This document shows, piece by piece, positions 7,093-15,906 of a DNA stretch of 24,000 nucleotides. Every line of letters begins with the position of its first letter. Position 1 is the first letter of the stretch. The stretch lies in assembly GCA_966185765.1 (NCBI GenBank), contig CBIFVZ010000008.1, forward strand, positions 48,176 to 72,175, read 5' to 3'. This stretch comes from an uncultured Enterobacteriaceae bacterium (GTDB lineage: Bacteria > Pseudomonadota > Gammaproteobacteria > Enterobacterales > Enterobacteriaceae). The position numbers were made by a program, and so were the translations under genes. The notes under the pieces are model-generated. The model had not been told where the DNA came from, did not search any database, and worked only from the letters and a program-made list of their open reading frames with translations.

Positions 7093-8382
7093 TTACAAAG
7101 TGGCAGAAAGCCGCAGCGCCAGCGCGGCCAGCGTGACAAACAGCACTGGCAGGGTCATGATGATGCCCGTGCGAAAGTAATATCCCCAGCTGATGGTCAT
7201 GTTTTTCTGCGACAGGACGTGCAGCCACAACAGGGTCGCCAGACTGCCTATTGGTGTGATTTTGGGACCTAAATCGCAGCCAATAACGTTGGCATAGATC
7301 ATCGCTTCCTTAATGACGCCAGACGCTGTGCTGGCGTCAATCGACAGTGCTCCAACAAGAACGGTTGGCATATTGTTCATGACCGATGACAGGAATGCTG
7401 TCAGGAAGCCCGTACCAAACGTTGCCGCCAGCAGTCCCGTATTTGCCAGCATATTCAAAACCCCGGAAAGATATTCCGTTAAGCCTGCATTGCGCAGACC
7501 ATAGACCACCAGATACATACCCAATGAGAAAATAACAATCTGCCACGGCGCACCGCGCAGTACTTTTCCGGTATTGATGGCATGGCCGCTTTTCGCGACG
7601 ATGAATAGCACCGCAGCGCCGACGGCCGCAATAGCGCTAACAGGAATCCCCAATGGCTCAAGGACGAAGAATCCGGTAAGCAACAGAAACAGAACAACCC
7701 AACCTGCTTTGAAGGTTGCGGGATCTTTAATTGCGCTTGCAGGTACTTTGAGCAAAGTGACGTTGTAGGTTGCAGGAATGTCCCGGCGGAAAAACAGATG
7801 TAGCATGCCCAATGTGGCCGCGATAGCAGCAATATCAACGGGGAGCATGACGGATGCGTATTCCGTAAAGCCAAGCTCGAAAAAGTCAGCGGAGACAATG
7901 TTGACAAGATTCGACACGATAAGCGGTAGGCTGGCGGTATCGGCAATAAACCCGGCGGCCATAACAAAGGCCAGCGTTGTCTGTTGGCTGAACCCGAGTG
8001 CAAGCAGCATAGCGATGACAATGGGGGTCAGGATAAGCGCTGCACCATCGTTAGCAAACAAGGCCGAAACAGCTGCGCCCAACAGGACAATCCAGGTAAA
8101 CAGCAGACGACCACGCCCGTTACCCCAACGTGATACATGCAGTGCAGCCCATTCAAAAAAGCCCGACTCATCGAGCAACAGGCTGATGATAATCACCGCA
8201 ATAAAGGTCGCCGTTGCGTTTCAGACGATGTTCCAGACTACCGGAATATCCCCCACATGAATAACACCGGCTACCAGGGCTAGTGCAGCACCAATGCTGG
8301 CGCCCCAGCCAATACTGAGTCCTCGGGGTTGCCAGATAACCAGGATCAGCGTCAGTAAAAATATACTCCCTGCCAGTAACAT
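7093..8382 (-). pseudogene. arsB: arsB arsenite efflux pump interrupted by a single in-frame TGA at codon 54
   Basis: Hand translation from the ATG at 8382 (GGAG SD upstream) gives [73 protein letters not shown]. This is collinear with E. coli ArsB (429 aa) except for TGA at 8223..8221, where ArsB has Trp54 (WNIVWNATAAF). The remaining 375 codons are in frame and highly ArsB-like. Confidence 0.85.
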
Positions 8383-8426
8383 CTCCGACTCCATTATATA
8401 TGATTACAAGAATGTGTTGATTCAGG

Positions 8427-8747
8427 TCAGCAGGATGATGCTGCTGATTTATCCAGCCACTGACCAATTTCCTCCCGCAGGCAGTGCCAGGATGTCGTGA
8501 TGGTATCTGCCGCCCATGCGGGCATATATGGAGAAAGCCGGTAGTGGATCCATTTCCCTTCTCTGCGATCAAGCACCAGTTTAGCCTCTCGCAGGATTGC
8601 CATATGTCGGGAAATTTTGGGCTGAGACTCGGAAGTGGCCCCACAAATATCACACACGCACATCTCGCCCGATTCCCTGAGAAGCATCACGATAGCCAGA
8701 CGGGTTTCGTCTGACAGAATTTTGAAAAGCTGAACAGGCTGTAGCAT
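8427..8747 (-). CDS. arsR: ArsR arsenic-responsive transcriptional repressor (ArsR/SmtB family)
   Basis: MLQPVQLFKILSDETRLAIVMLLRESGEMCVCDICGATSESQPKISRHMAILRE closely parallels E. coli ArsR, including the CVCDxC As(III)-binding cysteines. The ATG at 8747 is preferred, because the upstream GTG at 8774 lies inside the promoter/operator. Confidence 0.9.
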   Translation of the reverse strand: MLQPVQLFKILSDETRLAIVMLLRESGEMCVCDICGATSESQPKISRHMAILREAKLVLDRREGKWIHYRLSPYMPAWAADTITTSWHCLREEIGQWLDKSAASSC

Positions 8748-8770
8748 TTTTCTTCCGGTAAACGTAGACA

Positions 8771-8812
8771 ACACATATGATAAATCATATGTGTTATTTT
8801 TAACATTGTCGA
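8771..8812 (-). promoter_or_regulatory. Candidate ars promoter with palindromic operator
   Basis: The 24-bp palindrome ACACATATGATAAATCATATGTGT (8771..8794) is 22/24 self-complementary. On the minus strand there is a -35 TCGACA (8812..8807), a 17-bp spacer and a -10 TATGAT (8789..8784) inside the palindrome. Confidence 0.5.
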
Positions 8813-9247
8813 TTTCAGCGAAGAAGGAAATGGATCAATTTCCGCTCCTCAATACTGACTGTGCCGACAACGCATCCTGAAGTGACTGAGCTGCATGAAC
8901 TGGTGCAATGGTCTGGCTACGGGGCGACGTGCGCGATAATGAACAGACTGATTGGCCGGATCCCTTTGTCAAAAGGAACGGTTCGTCCTTGCCGGGGAAA
9001 ACGCTGGCGGTCATGCAGGTCTGCGGCGGTTTTCAGTCATTCAATGACGTTAATCAGAGGCATATCATGGGACGCTGAATGCGCATGTTCACTATCCCGA
9101 ATGAGTCCTCCATGACAAAAGCCAGGCCAGGATTTGATAACAACGGCGCACGAAACGATGGATAGATCAGACGTTCAGGGACAGGCTGCACAACCGTTAC
9201 GAGAAAATCGCGACATGCTGGGTGCCACCGCTCATGGCAAATATACC

Positions 9248-9454
9248 TTAACGCCCTGCTCCCAACCGCTGCAGGCACGTTATCAATTCGCTTTCACTGA
9301 TATTGATATATTCCAGTACCCGACCGTAAAGCATTGCGGTCGGCACTGGTCTTCCTGCCATTTCCTGCTGCGTGTGGTGTAACACATAAAGCACGGTGCG
9401 CTCTATGTCATTTAGGCCGTCGCGCACGTTGGGAATTGAATCCTGCAATTTCAT
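9248..9454 (-). CDS. Hypothetical 68-aa protein, possible small winged-helix protein
   Basis: This is the only protein-like ORF in the 8795..9515 gap. IPNVRDGLNDIERTVLYVL resembles the LPDVRDGLKPVHRRVLYAM motif at the N-terminus of type IIA topoisomerase A subunits. The SD is weak and no family could be confirmed. Confidence 0.35.
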   Translation of the reverse strand: MKLQDSIPNVRDGLNDIERTVLYVLHHTQQEMAGRPVPTAMLYGRVLEYINISESELITCLQRLGAGR

Positions 9455-9515
9455 GACAGACTGCCTGCCTGTATACGTATCTGTAGTGTGAGTCTATGCA
9501 TTCACATACAGACGG

Positions 9516-9857
9516 TCAAAATGGTTGCACAGACGCGTTTTTACGCCATGCGCCAGGCGGTTGGTGGAATGTTTTAGTGAAGATGCGGGTGAACGTTTGT
9601 TGTGAGTCAAATCCGTAACGCAGGCAAATTTCGAACACTTTTTCGTTGGTATTACGCAGATCGCGCGCTGCCATGTATAGCTTACGTGTGCGGATGTAGC
9701 GCCCGAGGCTTTCGCCTTTGTGCTGCATAAATAGCCGCTGTAGATGCCATTTTGAATACCCGGCGTGACGGGCAATGTCGTCGATGCGCAAAGGCTGGTC
9801 CAGGTTGTGCTCTATCCAGTCAATCAGGGTTTCAATGACCTGCTCAGGTATGGACAT
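9516..9857 (-). CDS. ramA: RamA, AraC/XylS-family (MarA/SoxS/Rob-like) multidrug-resistance activator
   Basis: MSIPEQVIETLIDWIEHNLDQPLRIDDIARHAGYSKWHLQRLFMQHKGESLGRYIR...YGFDSQQTFTRIFTKTFHQPPGAWRK is near-identical in pattern to Klebsiella/Enterobacter RamA (~113 aa). It lies directly downstream of romA. The GTG-initiated 14-codon extension to 9899 was rejected. Confidence 0.9.
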   Translation of the reverse strand: MSIPEQVIETLIDWIEHNLDQPLRIDDIARHAGYSKWHLQRLFMQHKGESLGRYIRTRKLYMAARDLRNTNEKVFEICLRYGFDSQQTFTRIFTKTFHQPPGAWRKNASVQPF

Positions 9858-9877
9858 ACGATTTCCCTTCTTACGGT

Positions 9878-10990
9878 TTATTGAACGCGCGTTTCCCACC
9901 AGGCGCTCATGTGTGGCTCTGTGTGAGCCGGATACACCACTTCACCCATCACAGGTGTCAGCAGTGTGTAAGGTTTGCCCTGGCTTGCTGTTGTCAGCCG
10001 CTGCCAGGGATCGTTCCAGGTATGTTTTGCCAGTACAAAACGTCCTGCATGACCGGGCATCACCGTACGGGCATTAAGGTCAACTGCACCCTGCGCCGCT
10101 TCTTGCGGATGCATGTGAATGTTTTTCCAGTCCGGGTCGTACTGACCGTTTTCCATGAGAGCGATATCAATAGGGCCAAACCGCTCACCGATGTCTTTGA
10201 AGTGCGGACCATAACCGCTGTCCCCACTGTAATAAATTTTGCGCTCAGGAGTGACGAACAGAAAGCTCGCCCACCGTGTGGGATTGGTTTTCAACCCACG
10301 ACCGGAAAAATGACGGGCAGGCAGCACATGCACGGTTAGCGAGTCAGAAAACGACCACGCCTGCTGCCAGTCGGACTCCTGAATCCGTGCTGCGTCCATT
10401 CCCCAGTGCTCCAGATGTGCGCCAACGCCGAGCGGCACCAGCGCCAGACCGACTTTCGGCAGCAGTGCTCGCACCGTCGCGTAGTCCAGGTGATCGTAAT
10501 GATCGTGGGAGATAATCAGATAATCAATGAATGGCATGTTCTGCGCGCGCCAGGGGTAAGGACCGGTGAAGGCTTTATTGATAAACGAAAACGGTGACGC
10601 ATAACTGCTGAATACCGGGTCAACCAAAATACGCTTGCCCGCCAGCTGGAGATACCAGGATGAGTGGCCGAGCCACACCACTACGTCTTCTTCCGGGGCC
10701 AACGCGCTAAGGTCAGTGGGCTGTAGCGGCAACGCCGCGCCCGGGCGCAGGTTTTCGCGCTTTTGCGTCACAAACTCCCACAAGAGTTGGATGCGCCCTT
10801 TCTCGCCTGTCAGCATGGGTGTGGGCTGGGCGTTGTGAAATTGTCCGTCACGGTATTGCGGCGATTGCGTGAGCGCCGCAAGCCGCTCTCCCTCAGGCGC
10901 ACGGCCAAACACAGGATGCATTAAGTAAGACAGACTTCCCATTGCGGCTATCAGCATTACGATTACCACACTTATTTTCAGGTTCTTCAT
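9878..10990 (-). CDS. romA: RomA, MBL-fold metallo-hydrolase with an N-terminal signal/anchor
   Basis: 370 aa with a hydrophobic N-terminus MKNLKISVVIVMLIAAMGSL and the metallo-beta-lactamase motif SHDHYDHLD. It sits between ramR and ramA, as in Klebsiella/Enterobacter. Confidence 0.85.
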   Translation of the reverse strand: MKNLKISVVIVMLIAAMGSLSYLMHPVFGRAPEGERLAALTQSPQYRDGQFHNAQPTPMLTGEKGRIQLLWEFVTQKRENLRPGAALPLQPTDLSALAPEEDVVVWLGHSSWYLQLAGKRILVDPVFSSYASPFSFINKAFTGPYPWRAQNMPFIDYLIISHDHYDHLDYATVRALLPKVGLALVPLGVGAHLEHWGMDAARIQESDWQQAWSFSDSLTVHVLPARHFSGRGLKTNPTRWASFLFVTPERKIYYSGDSGYGPHFKDIGERFGPIDIALMENGQYDPDWKNIHMHPQEAAQGAVDLNARTVMPGHAGRFVLAKHTWNDPWQRLTTASQGKPYTLLTPVMGEVVYPAHTEPHMSAWWETRVQ

Positions 10991-11038
10991 CAGACGTTAG
11001 CGGGACCACATTTAGCAGTGACGGGATGCGCTATATTT

Positions 11039-11058
11039 TTGAGTGAGTAAACACTCAT
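11039..11058. promoter_or_regulatory. RamR operator-like palindrome in the romA-ramR intergenic region
   Basis: TTGAGTG-AGTAAA-CACTCAT matches the published RamR binding palindrome ATGAGTG-N6-CACTCAT at 13/14 arm positions. Confidence 0.65.
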
Positions 11059-11180
11059 TTATTGGGTTATTATAGAAAGGCGCGTTATTTCGTCAAGTGG
11101 ATTCCTGGTTGCCCACCGGGCGTTGCGGCCTGCGACGCGACGTGCTTCAATCTGCACCTTAACGTAACCGGAGGTTAAAA

Positions 11181-11756
11181 GTGGCTCGTCCCAGAAGTGA
11201 AGATAAAAAACTGGCGTTGCTGGAGGCCGCCACCGTCGCGATTGCCCGTGCGGGTATTGGTGCCTCCACGGCACAAATTGCTCGTGGTGCTGGCGTGGCT
11301 GAAGGCACTCTGTTTCGCTACTTCGCCACCAAAGACGATCTGCTTAATGCGTTATATCTTCACCTGAAGCGAGGTTTGCTGGAAAATATGCTGGCAGGCC
11401 TGGACAGTAGTGCTGCACCTGAAGAGCAGTTGCGCTACACATGGAACAGCTATATTGACTGGGGAATCACCCACTCGCAGGCCAACAGTGCCATTCGCCA
11501 GCTGGCAGTGAGTGAAAAAATTACTGAAGAGACCCAGCGGCAGGTGACAGCGCTGTTCCCTGAACTGGATAAACTGTGCGATCTACGCGTGCGCCCTGGT
11601 TTTCGCAACGGCCCCTACCGCACTTTTGGTGACAGCCTGTTTCTGGCACTGGCTGAAACCACAATGACTTTTGCGGCCCGTGAACCTGAACGTGCAGCAG
11701 AGTATAAAGAGACAGGATTTGAAACGATGTGGCGGGCGCTCGCCAGCGCGGACTAG
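11181..11756 (+). CDS. ramR: RamR, TetR-family repressor of romA-ramA
   Basis: GTG start with a GGAGG SD at 11170..11174. MARPRSEDKKLALLEAATVAIARAGIGASTAQIARGAGVAEGTLFRYFATKDDLLNALYLHLK matches the RamR N-terminal HTH. It is divergent from romA-ramA. Confidence 0.9.
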   Translation: MARPRSEDKKLALLEAATVAIARAGIGASTAQIARGAGVAEGTLFRYFATKDDLLNALYLHLKRGLLENMLAGLDSSAAPEEQLRYTWNSYIDWGITHSQANSAIRQLAVSEKITEETQRQVTALFPELDKLCDLRVRPGFRNGPYRTFGDSLFLALAETTMTFAAREPERAAEYKETGFETMWRALASAD

Positions 11757-11765
11757 CGCCCAACT

Positions 11766-11785
11766 GCGCCGCCCGAAGGCGGCGC
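11766..11785. terminator. Hairpin between convergent ramR and maeA (candidate bidirectional terminator)
   Basis: GCGCCGCC-CGAA-GGCGGCGC forms a perfect 8-bp GC stem with a 4-nt loop. It lies 10 nt after the ramR stop and 7 nt after the maeA stop. There is no strong U-tract on either side. Confidence 0.5.
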
Positions 11786-11791
11786 TGGATA

Positions 11792-13486
11792 TCAGATAGA
11801 GGTCCGGCGATAGCTGCGATATTCCGGCTGCCAGAAGTTATCTTCAATCGCCTGTAACAGCGCTTCAGATGACGTTTTCACCGCTACACCCTGCTGCTGT
11901 GCCATGCTGCCTACGGCAAATGCGATATCTTTTGACACCTGCTTAATCCGGGAAAGTTCCGGTAACACCAGCGTACTTTCACCCGTCACCAGCGGTGAGT
12001 GTTGTGCCAGCGCCTGACTGGCGGCCATCATCATCTCATCCGTTACGCGCGATGCTCCTGACGCCACCACGCCAAGTCCAATGCCTGGGAAGATATAGGC
12101 GTTATTACACTGAGCAATAGCGTAAGTCTCACCTTTAATCAGCACTGGCGGAAACGGGCTACCGGTGGCGACCAGTGCCGCGCCGTCTGTCCAGTTGAGA
12201 ATATCATGCGGTGTGGCTTCCACCCGCGAGGTTGGGTTAGACAGCGGCATGATAATAGGCCGTGGGCAGTGCTTGTGCATTTCCCGTATGATATCTTCCG
12301 TAAACAGTCCCGCCTGCCCTGAAACGCCTATCAGGATGTCGGGTTTGACGTTGTGAACCACGTCGAGCAACGACACCGTTTCGGTGGTGACGTTCCAGTC
12401 GCTCAGTTCGTCGCGTTTTTGCACCAGGCGTGCCTGGAAAGGCAGCAGGTTTGGCATGTTGTCCATTAACAGGCCAAAACGGTCAACCATGAACACCCTT
12501 GCACGTGCCGCCTCGTCACTCAGCCCTTCTGTACGCATCCAGGCAATTATCTGCTCGGCGATACCACAGCCTGCGGAGCCTGCGCCCAGAAACACAATCT
12601 TCTGTTCGCTGAGTTTGCTGCCGGCAGCGCGGCTTGCGGCAATCAGCGTACCGAGCGTAACGGCAGCCGTTCCCTGAATGTCGTCGTTGAAGCTGCAAAT
12701 CTGGTCGCGATAGCGCTCCAGTAGCGGCATGGCGTTTTTTTGGGCGAAATCCTCAAACTGCAACAGTACGTTTGGCCAGCGGTGCTGAACAGCCTGGATA
12801 AACTCATCAACAAACGCGTAATACTCTTCGTCGGTGATACGCGGATGACGCCAGCCCATATACAGCGGATCGTTAAGCAGTTGCTGGTTGTTGGTGCCAA
12901 CATCAAGCACGATTGGCAGCGTGTATGCCGGGCTGATGCCGCCGCAAGCGGTGTACAAAGACAGCTTACCAATCGGAATACCCATGCCGCCAATTCCCTG
13001 GTCGCCGAGACCCAGAATGCGTTCGCCGTCTGTCACCACAATGACTTTAATATTGTGTGTGGAAACGTTTTGCAGGATGTCATCCATATTATGACGATTG
13101 GGATACGAGATAAAAACACCGCGCGCCCGGCGGTAAATCTCGGAGAAACGTTCACAGGCTGAGCCGACCGTTGGCGTATAGATAATGGGCATCATCTCAT
13201 CAAGATGATTTTCAAGCAGGCGATAAAACAGCGTTTCGTTGGTGTCCTGAATATTGCGCAGATAAATATGCTTGTCGATATCGGTCTTAAAATCCTGATA
13301 TTGACGCCAGCCGCGCTCTGCCTGCTCTTCGATGGTTTCCACCACTTCGGGCAACAGGCCGGTGAGGTTAAAATTGCTGCGTTCTTCCGGGCTGAATGCG
13401 CTGCCTTTATTTAGCAGCGGAAATTCCAGCAGTACCGGACCGGCGTAAGGGATATAAAGAGAACGGTTTTTTTTCTGGGTTTCCAT
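11792..13486 (-). CDS. maeA: NAD-dependent malic enzyme
   Basis: [36 protein letters not shown]...YRRTSI is collinear with E. coli MaeA/SfcA (565 aa) along its full length. The 28-codon upstream extension to 13570 is absent from MaeA and was rejected. Confidence 0.95.
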   Translation of the reverse strand: METQKKNRSLYIPYAGPVLLEFPLLNKGSAFSPEERSNFNLTGLLPEVVETIEEQAERGWRQYQDFKTDIDKHIYLRNIQDTNETLFYRLLENHLDEMMPIIYTPTVGSACERFSEIYRRARGVFISYPNRHNMDDILQNVSTHNIKVIVVTDGERILGLGDQGIGGMGIPIGKLSLYTACGGISPAYTLPIVLDVGTNNQQLLNDPLYMGWRHPRITDEEYYAFVDEFIQAVQHRWPNVLLQFEDFAQKNAMPLLERYRDQICSFNDDIQGTAAVTLGTLIAASRAAGSKLSEQKIVFLGAGSAGCGIAEQIIAWMRTEGLSDEAARARVFMVDRFGLLMDNMPNLLPFQARLVQKRDELSDWNVTTETVSLLDVVHNVKPDILIGVSGQAGLFTEDIIREMHKHCPRPIIMPLSNPTSRVEATPHDILNWTDGAALVATGSPFPPVLIKGETYAIAQCNNAYIFPGIGLGVVASGASRVTDEMMMAASQALAQHSPLVTGESTLVLPELSRIKQVSKDIAFAVGSMAQQQGVAVKTSSEALLQAIEDNFWQPEYRSYRRTSI

Positions 13487-13781
13487 GTTACTCACTCTTT
13501 CTTTTCTTATGTCCGGGGCCGCGCCGGGCGACCCGTCGCCGTGAGGCGGGTTCGGATAGGGCGCACTCATGATATAAGAAAATGGTTAACATCTCTCTTA
13601 CAATATATTGCATGGCAATGTTTTCATCTTCAACGCGAAAAATTGCATGCTTCAGCCCATACCGGGCCACAGTACAGTAAGCAAATCTTGCTCCCAATCA
13701 TCTTAATGAAGCGGCATTACTTAACCCACTTTTTGTGGTATATGTTATTGTTTTATATGTTGAATGTTTTTAAGGTAAATC

Positions 13782-14033
13782 ATGGAATGGGATTCACTTT
13801 TAGTATTGTTCAGCATGTTGGTGTGTGGGTTGTGGATGGTTTTTCACTCAGCCAAAGCACTTAGAAGCGGAGTATTTGTCGGCTGGTATAATGGCACGTA
13901 TAAGAACTACTACATCTACCGTTGTAAAACCCCTGTCTACTTCTACGGGTACAACGCTGTTTTTTCTCTATTCGGCTCCTTTATGATTGGTTTAGCTGTC
14001 TATCTTTTAGATGGCTATTATCAGTTTTTATAA
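13782..14033 (+). CDS. Hypothetical small membrane protein (83 aa, two predicted TM segments, Tyr-rich)
   Basis: An AAGG SD precedes the ATG. Hydrophobic stretches are LLVLFSMLVCGLWMVF and VFSLFGSFMIGLAVYLL. The sequence context is AT-rich and 11 of 83 residues are Tyr. No recognised family. Confidence 0.4.
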   Translation: MEWDSLLVLFSMLVCGLWMVFHSAKALRSGVFVGWYNGTYKNYYIYRCKTPVYFYGYNAVFSLFGSFMIGLAVYLLDGYYQFL

Positions 14034-14173
14034 ACACTTTTCTTCTGACGTCTGACTGATAAATGTGGCCGAACATTCGACGACATTTTCGCCTGCTGGA
14101 CGCCGCTGCCTGGCTTTCGCCAGGCGTGCGTGAGATGATTTCATGCTGTGTGAATGGCAAAAAGGACACAATA

Positions 14174-15472
14174 ATGCTGCAATCCAGAGGGCGACGCGGA
14201 TTTCTCGCCTTTTCACTGTTGGCCTGCCTGCTGGCCGGATGTGGCGATCGTGAGAAGCCTAAAGAGCAGCCGCAAAGGCCACCGACAGAACAAAAAACAC
14301 AGCCGGTGCGCGGCGTGTGGCTCACAACTGTCTACGGACTGGACTGGCCGTCACGCGCTTCAGTTGCGACGTTTTCTGATGCCGAGCGCATCCGTATGCA
14401 GCAACAGGAGCTGATTGCCAGGCTCGATAATATGGTGCGTCTTGGCATTAATACCGTTTACTTTCAGGCTAAACCGGACGGCACCGCGCTTTATCGCTCT
14501 GCCCTGCTCCCGTGGTCGCCCGTCCTGACTGGTACGGTCGGTAAAAACCCGGGCTACGATCCGCTGGCATTTGTCATTGAGCAGGCGCACCAGCGTGGTC
14601 TGAAGGTCCATGCCTGGCTCAACCCCTATCGCGTCACTATGGATACCTCGTCCCAGACGGTGGCCGCGCTGAACGCTATCCGTTACGCAGAAGTCGCCAG
14701 CGTTTATACCCAGCATCCCGACTGGATCCGCACGGCCAGCAACCGTTATGTGCTCGACCCTGGCTTGCCAGAGGTCAGAAACTGGATAACGCAGGTGGTG
14801 AGTGAACTGGTGAGCCACTACGCTATTGATGGCGTACAGTTTGACGATTATTTCTATTATGAAACACCGGCTTCCCGACTCGACGATAACGTCAGCTGGC
14901 AACGCTATGGCGGCGAGTTTGCCAGCCGTGGTGACTGGCGGCGCAGCAATACACTGGCGATGATTCGTGACGTTTCCAGCGTCATCCGCACGTTAAAACC
15001 AGACGTTGAGTTTGGCGTTAGCCCAGCCGGTATCTGGCGTAATGTTGCCGATGATGAACGCGGTTCCGCAACCCGGGGTGGCAATACCGCGTACGAAGCG
15101 GCGTATGCCGATACCCGCCAATGGGTGCAACAGGGACTGCTGGACTACATCGCACCGCAGTTGTACTGGCCGTTTGGCCGTGAGGTGGCACGTTACGACA
15201 CGCTGGCACACTGGTGGGCCAATACTGTGGCAGGCACGCGCACCCGACTTTATATCGGGATTGCGTTATATAAAGTGAACCAGCCTGCGGCGAACGAACC
15301 TGACTGGACAATCGACGGCGGGGTGTCCGAACTTAAGCGACAACTCGATCTTAACGAAAGCCTGCCGGGCGTAGACGGCACTATTTTGTTTCGTGAGGAT
15401 TTTCTCCATCAGCCGCAAACCCACTATGCCGTTGAGTATTTGCAGCAGCGCTGGGGGCGAAAGAGCAGATAG
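14174..15472 (+). CDS. digH: Lipoprotein glycoside hydrolase of the GHL10/DUF187 family, YddW/DigH-like (divisome-associated denuded-glycan hydrolase)
   Basis: An AAGGA SD precedes the ATG at 14174. Signal peptide plus lipobox LLAGC. RGVWLTTV, GINTVYFQAKPDGTALY, GLKVHAWLNPYRV, DGVQFDDYFY and LDYIAPQLYWPF are collinear with E. coli YddW. The upstream extension to 14063 was rejected. Confidence 0.8.
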   Translation: MLQSRGRRGFLAFSLLACLLAGCGDREKPKEQPQRPPTEQKTQPVRGVWLTTVYGLDWPSRASVATFSDAERIRMQQQELIARLDNMVRLGINTVYFQAKPDGTALYRSALLPWSPVLTGTVGKNPGYDPLAFVIEQAHQRGLKVHAWLNPYRVTMDTSSQTVAALNAIRYAEVASVYTQHPDWIRTASNRYVLDPGLPEVRNWITQVVSELVSHYAIDGVQFDDYFYYETPASRLDDNVSWQRYGGEFASRGDWRRSNTLAMIRDVSSVIRTLKPDVEFGVSPAGIWRNVADDERGSATRGGNTAYEAAYADTRQWVQQGLLDYIAPQLYWPFGREVARYDTLAHWWANTVAGTRTRLYIGIALYKVNQPAANEPDWTIDGGVSELKRQLDLNESLPGVDGTILFREDFLHQPQTHYAVEYLQQRWGRKSR

Positions 15473-15479
15473 TTTATAT

Positions 15480-15511
15480 GCCGGTCAGCTAAATACTGAC
15501 CGGCATTGTTT
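15480..15511 (+). terminator. Rho-independent terminator after digH
   Basis: GCCGGTCAG-CTAAATA-CTGACCGGC forms a 9-bp perfect stem followed by ATTGTTT. It starts 8 nt after the stop codon. Confidence 0.65.
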
Positions 15512-15587
15512 AAACGGGCTGGATGCCGGGCGCGGTTGAGATTAACGCAGGGCTTTGCACAGTTCATTCCAGTAGGCTGCCCTGCGG

Positions 15588-15773
15588 CTACGGTGTATTA
15601 GATGGTCTTTCACGGTTAAATAACTCCTGCGTCACGTTCCCGAGGTCGACGCCGTAAAGGTGAAGGCCGTATACGGCAGACTCCAGCGCGCGGTCTGCAT
15701 CATGAACGCCAGACGCTGCTTGCCATGCATGCAGGAGATTACGCCAGAAAATGCGGGTGAGAACCTGTCGCAT
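15588..15773 (-). CDS. Hypothetical 61-aa protein
   Basis: The ATG at 15773 has a GGAG SD 6 nt upstream. Sequence: MRQVLTRIFWRNLLHAWQAASGVHDADRALESAVYGLHLYGVDLGNVTQELFNRERPSNTP. No family recognised, and the longer 96-aa version lacks an SD. Confidence 0.3.
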   Translation of the reverse strand: MRQVLTRIFWRNLLHAWQAASGVHDADRALESAVYGLHLYGVDLGNVTQELFNRERPSNTP

Positions 15774-15906
15774 AATTAACTCCACGTTGAAGGTATGTAT
15801 GAAGTTAATCACCGTCACGTGCAGGACGGAAATACGTATTTTGACAACGCTTATGCGCAGAGGTGAAAAGGCGTGCACGCCCCGCCCCTGCGCATTTCCC
15901 CTTCAA

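Noticed and set aside
7479-8653. ORFs 7479..8021 (-), 7778..8260 (+) and 8168..8653 (-), overlapping arsB and the arsB-arsR junction.
   Set aside because: All are out of frame or antisense to the clearly ArsB-like frame. The 8168..8653 ORF only appears because the real arsB frame is split by the TGA at 8221..8223.
9054-9278. 74-aa ORF overlapping the end of the 68-aa ORF, considered as the toxin partner of a TA pair.
   Set aside because: Its composition is Cys/Trp/His/Arg/Pro-rich. It has no SD, a 31-nt overlap and no recognisable toxin fold. It is kept only as a remark in the corresponding finding.
9858-9899. GTG-initiated 14-codon extension of ramA that overlaps the romA stop.
   Set aside because: RamA homologues start at the MSIPEQV/MTISAQV position, and the extension has no support.
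13487-13570. 28-codon N-terminal extension of maeA ([28 protein letters not shown]).
   Set aside because: E. coli MaeA begins at the METQKK/MEPKTKK-equivalent Met. The extension is a GC-rich, Pro/Gly-rich stretch that is more likely structured leader RNA.
14063-14173. 37-codon extension of digH, and the antisense ORFs 13981..14325 and 14360..14902.
   Set aside because: The signal peptide and lipobox follow the Met at 14174, which has its own SD. The antisense ORFs are shadow frames of the hydrolase gene.
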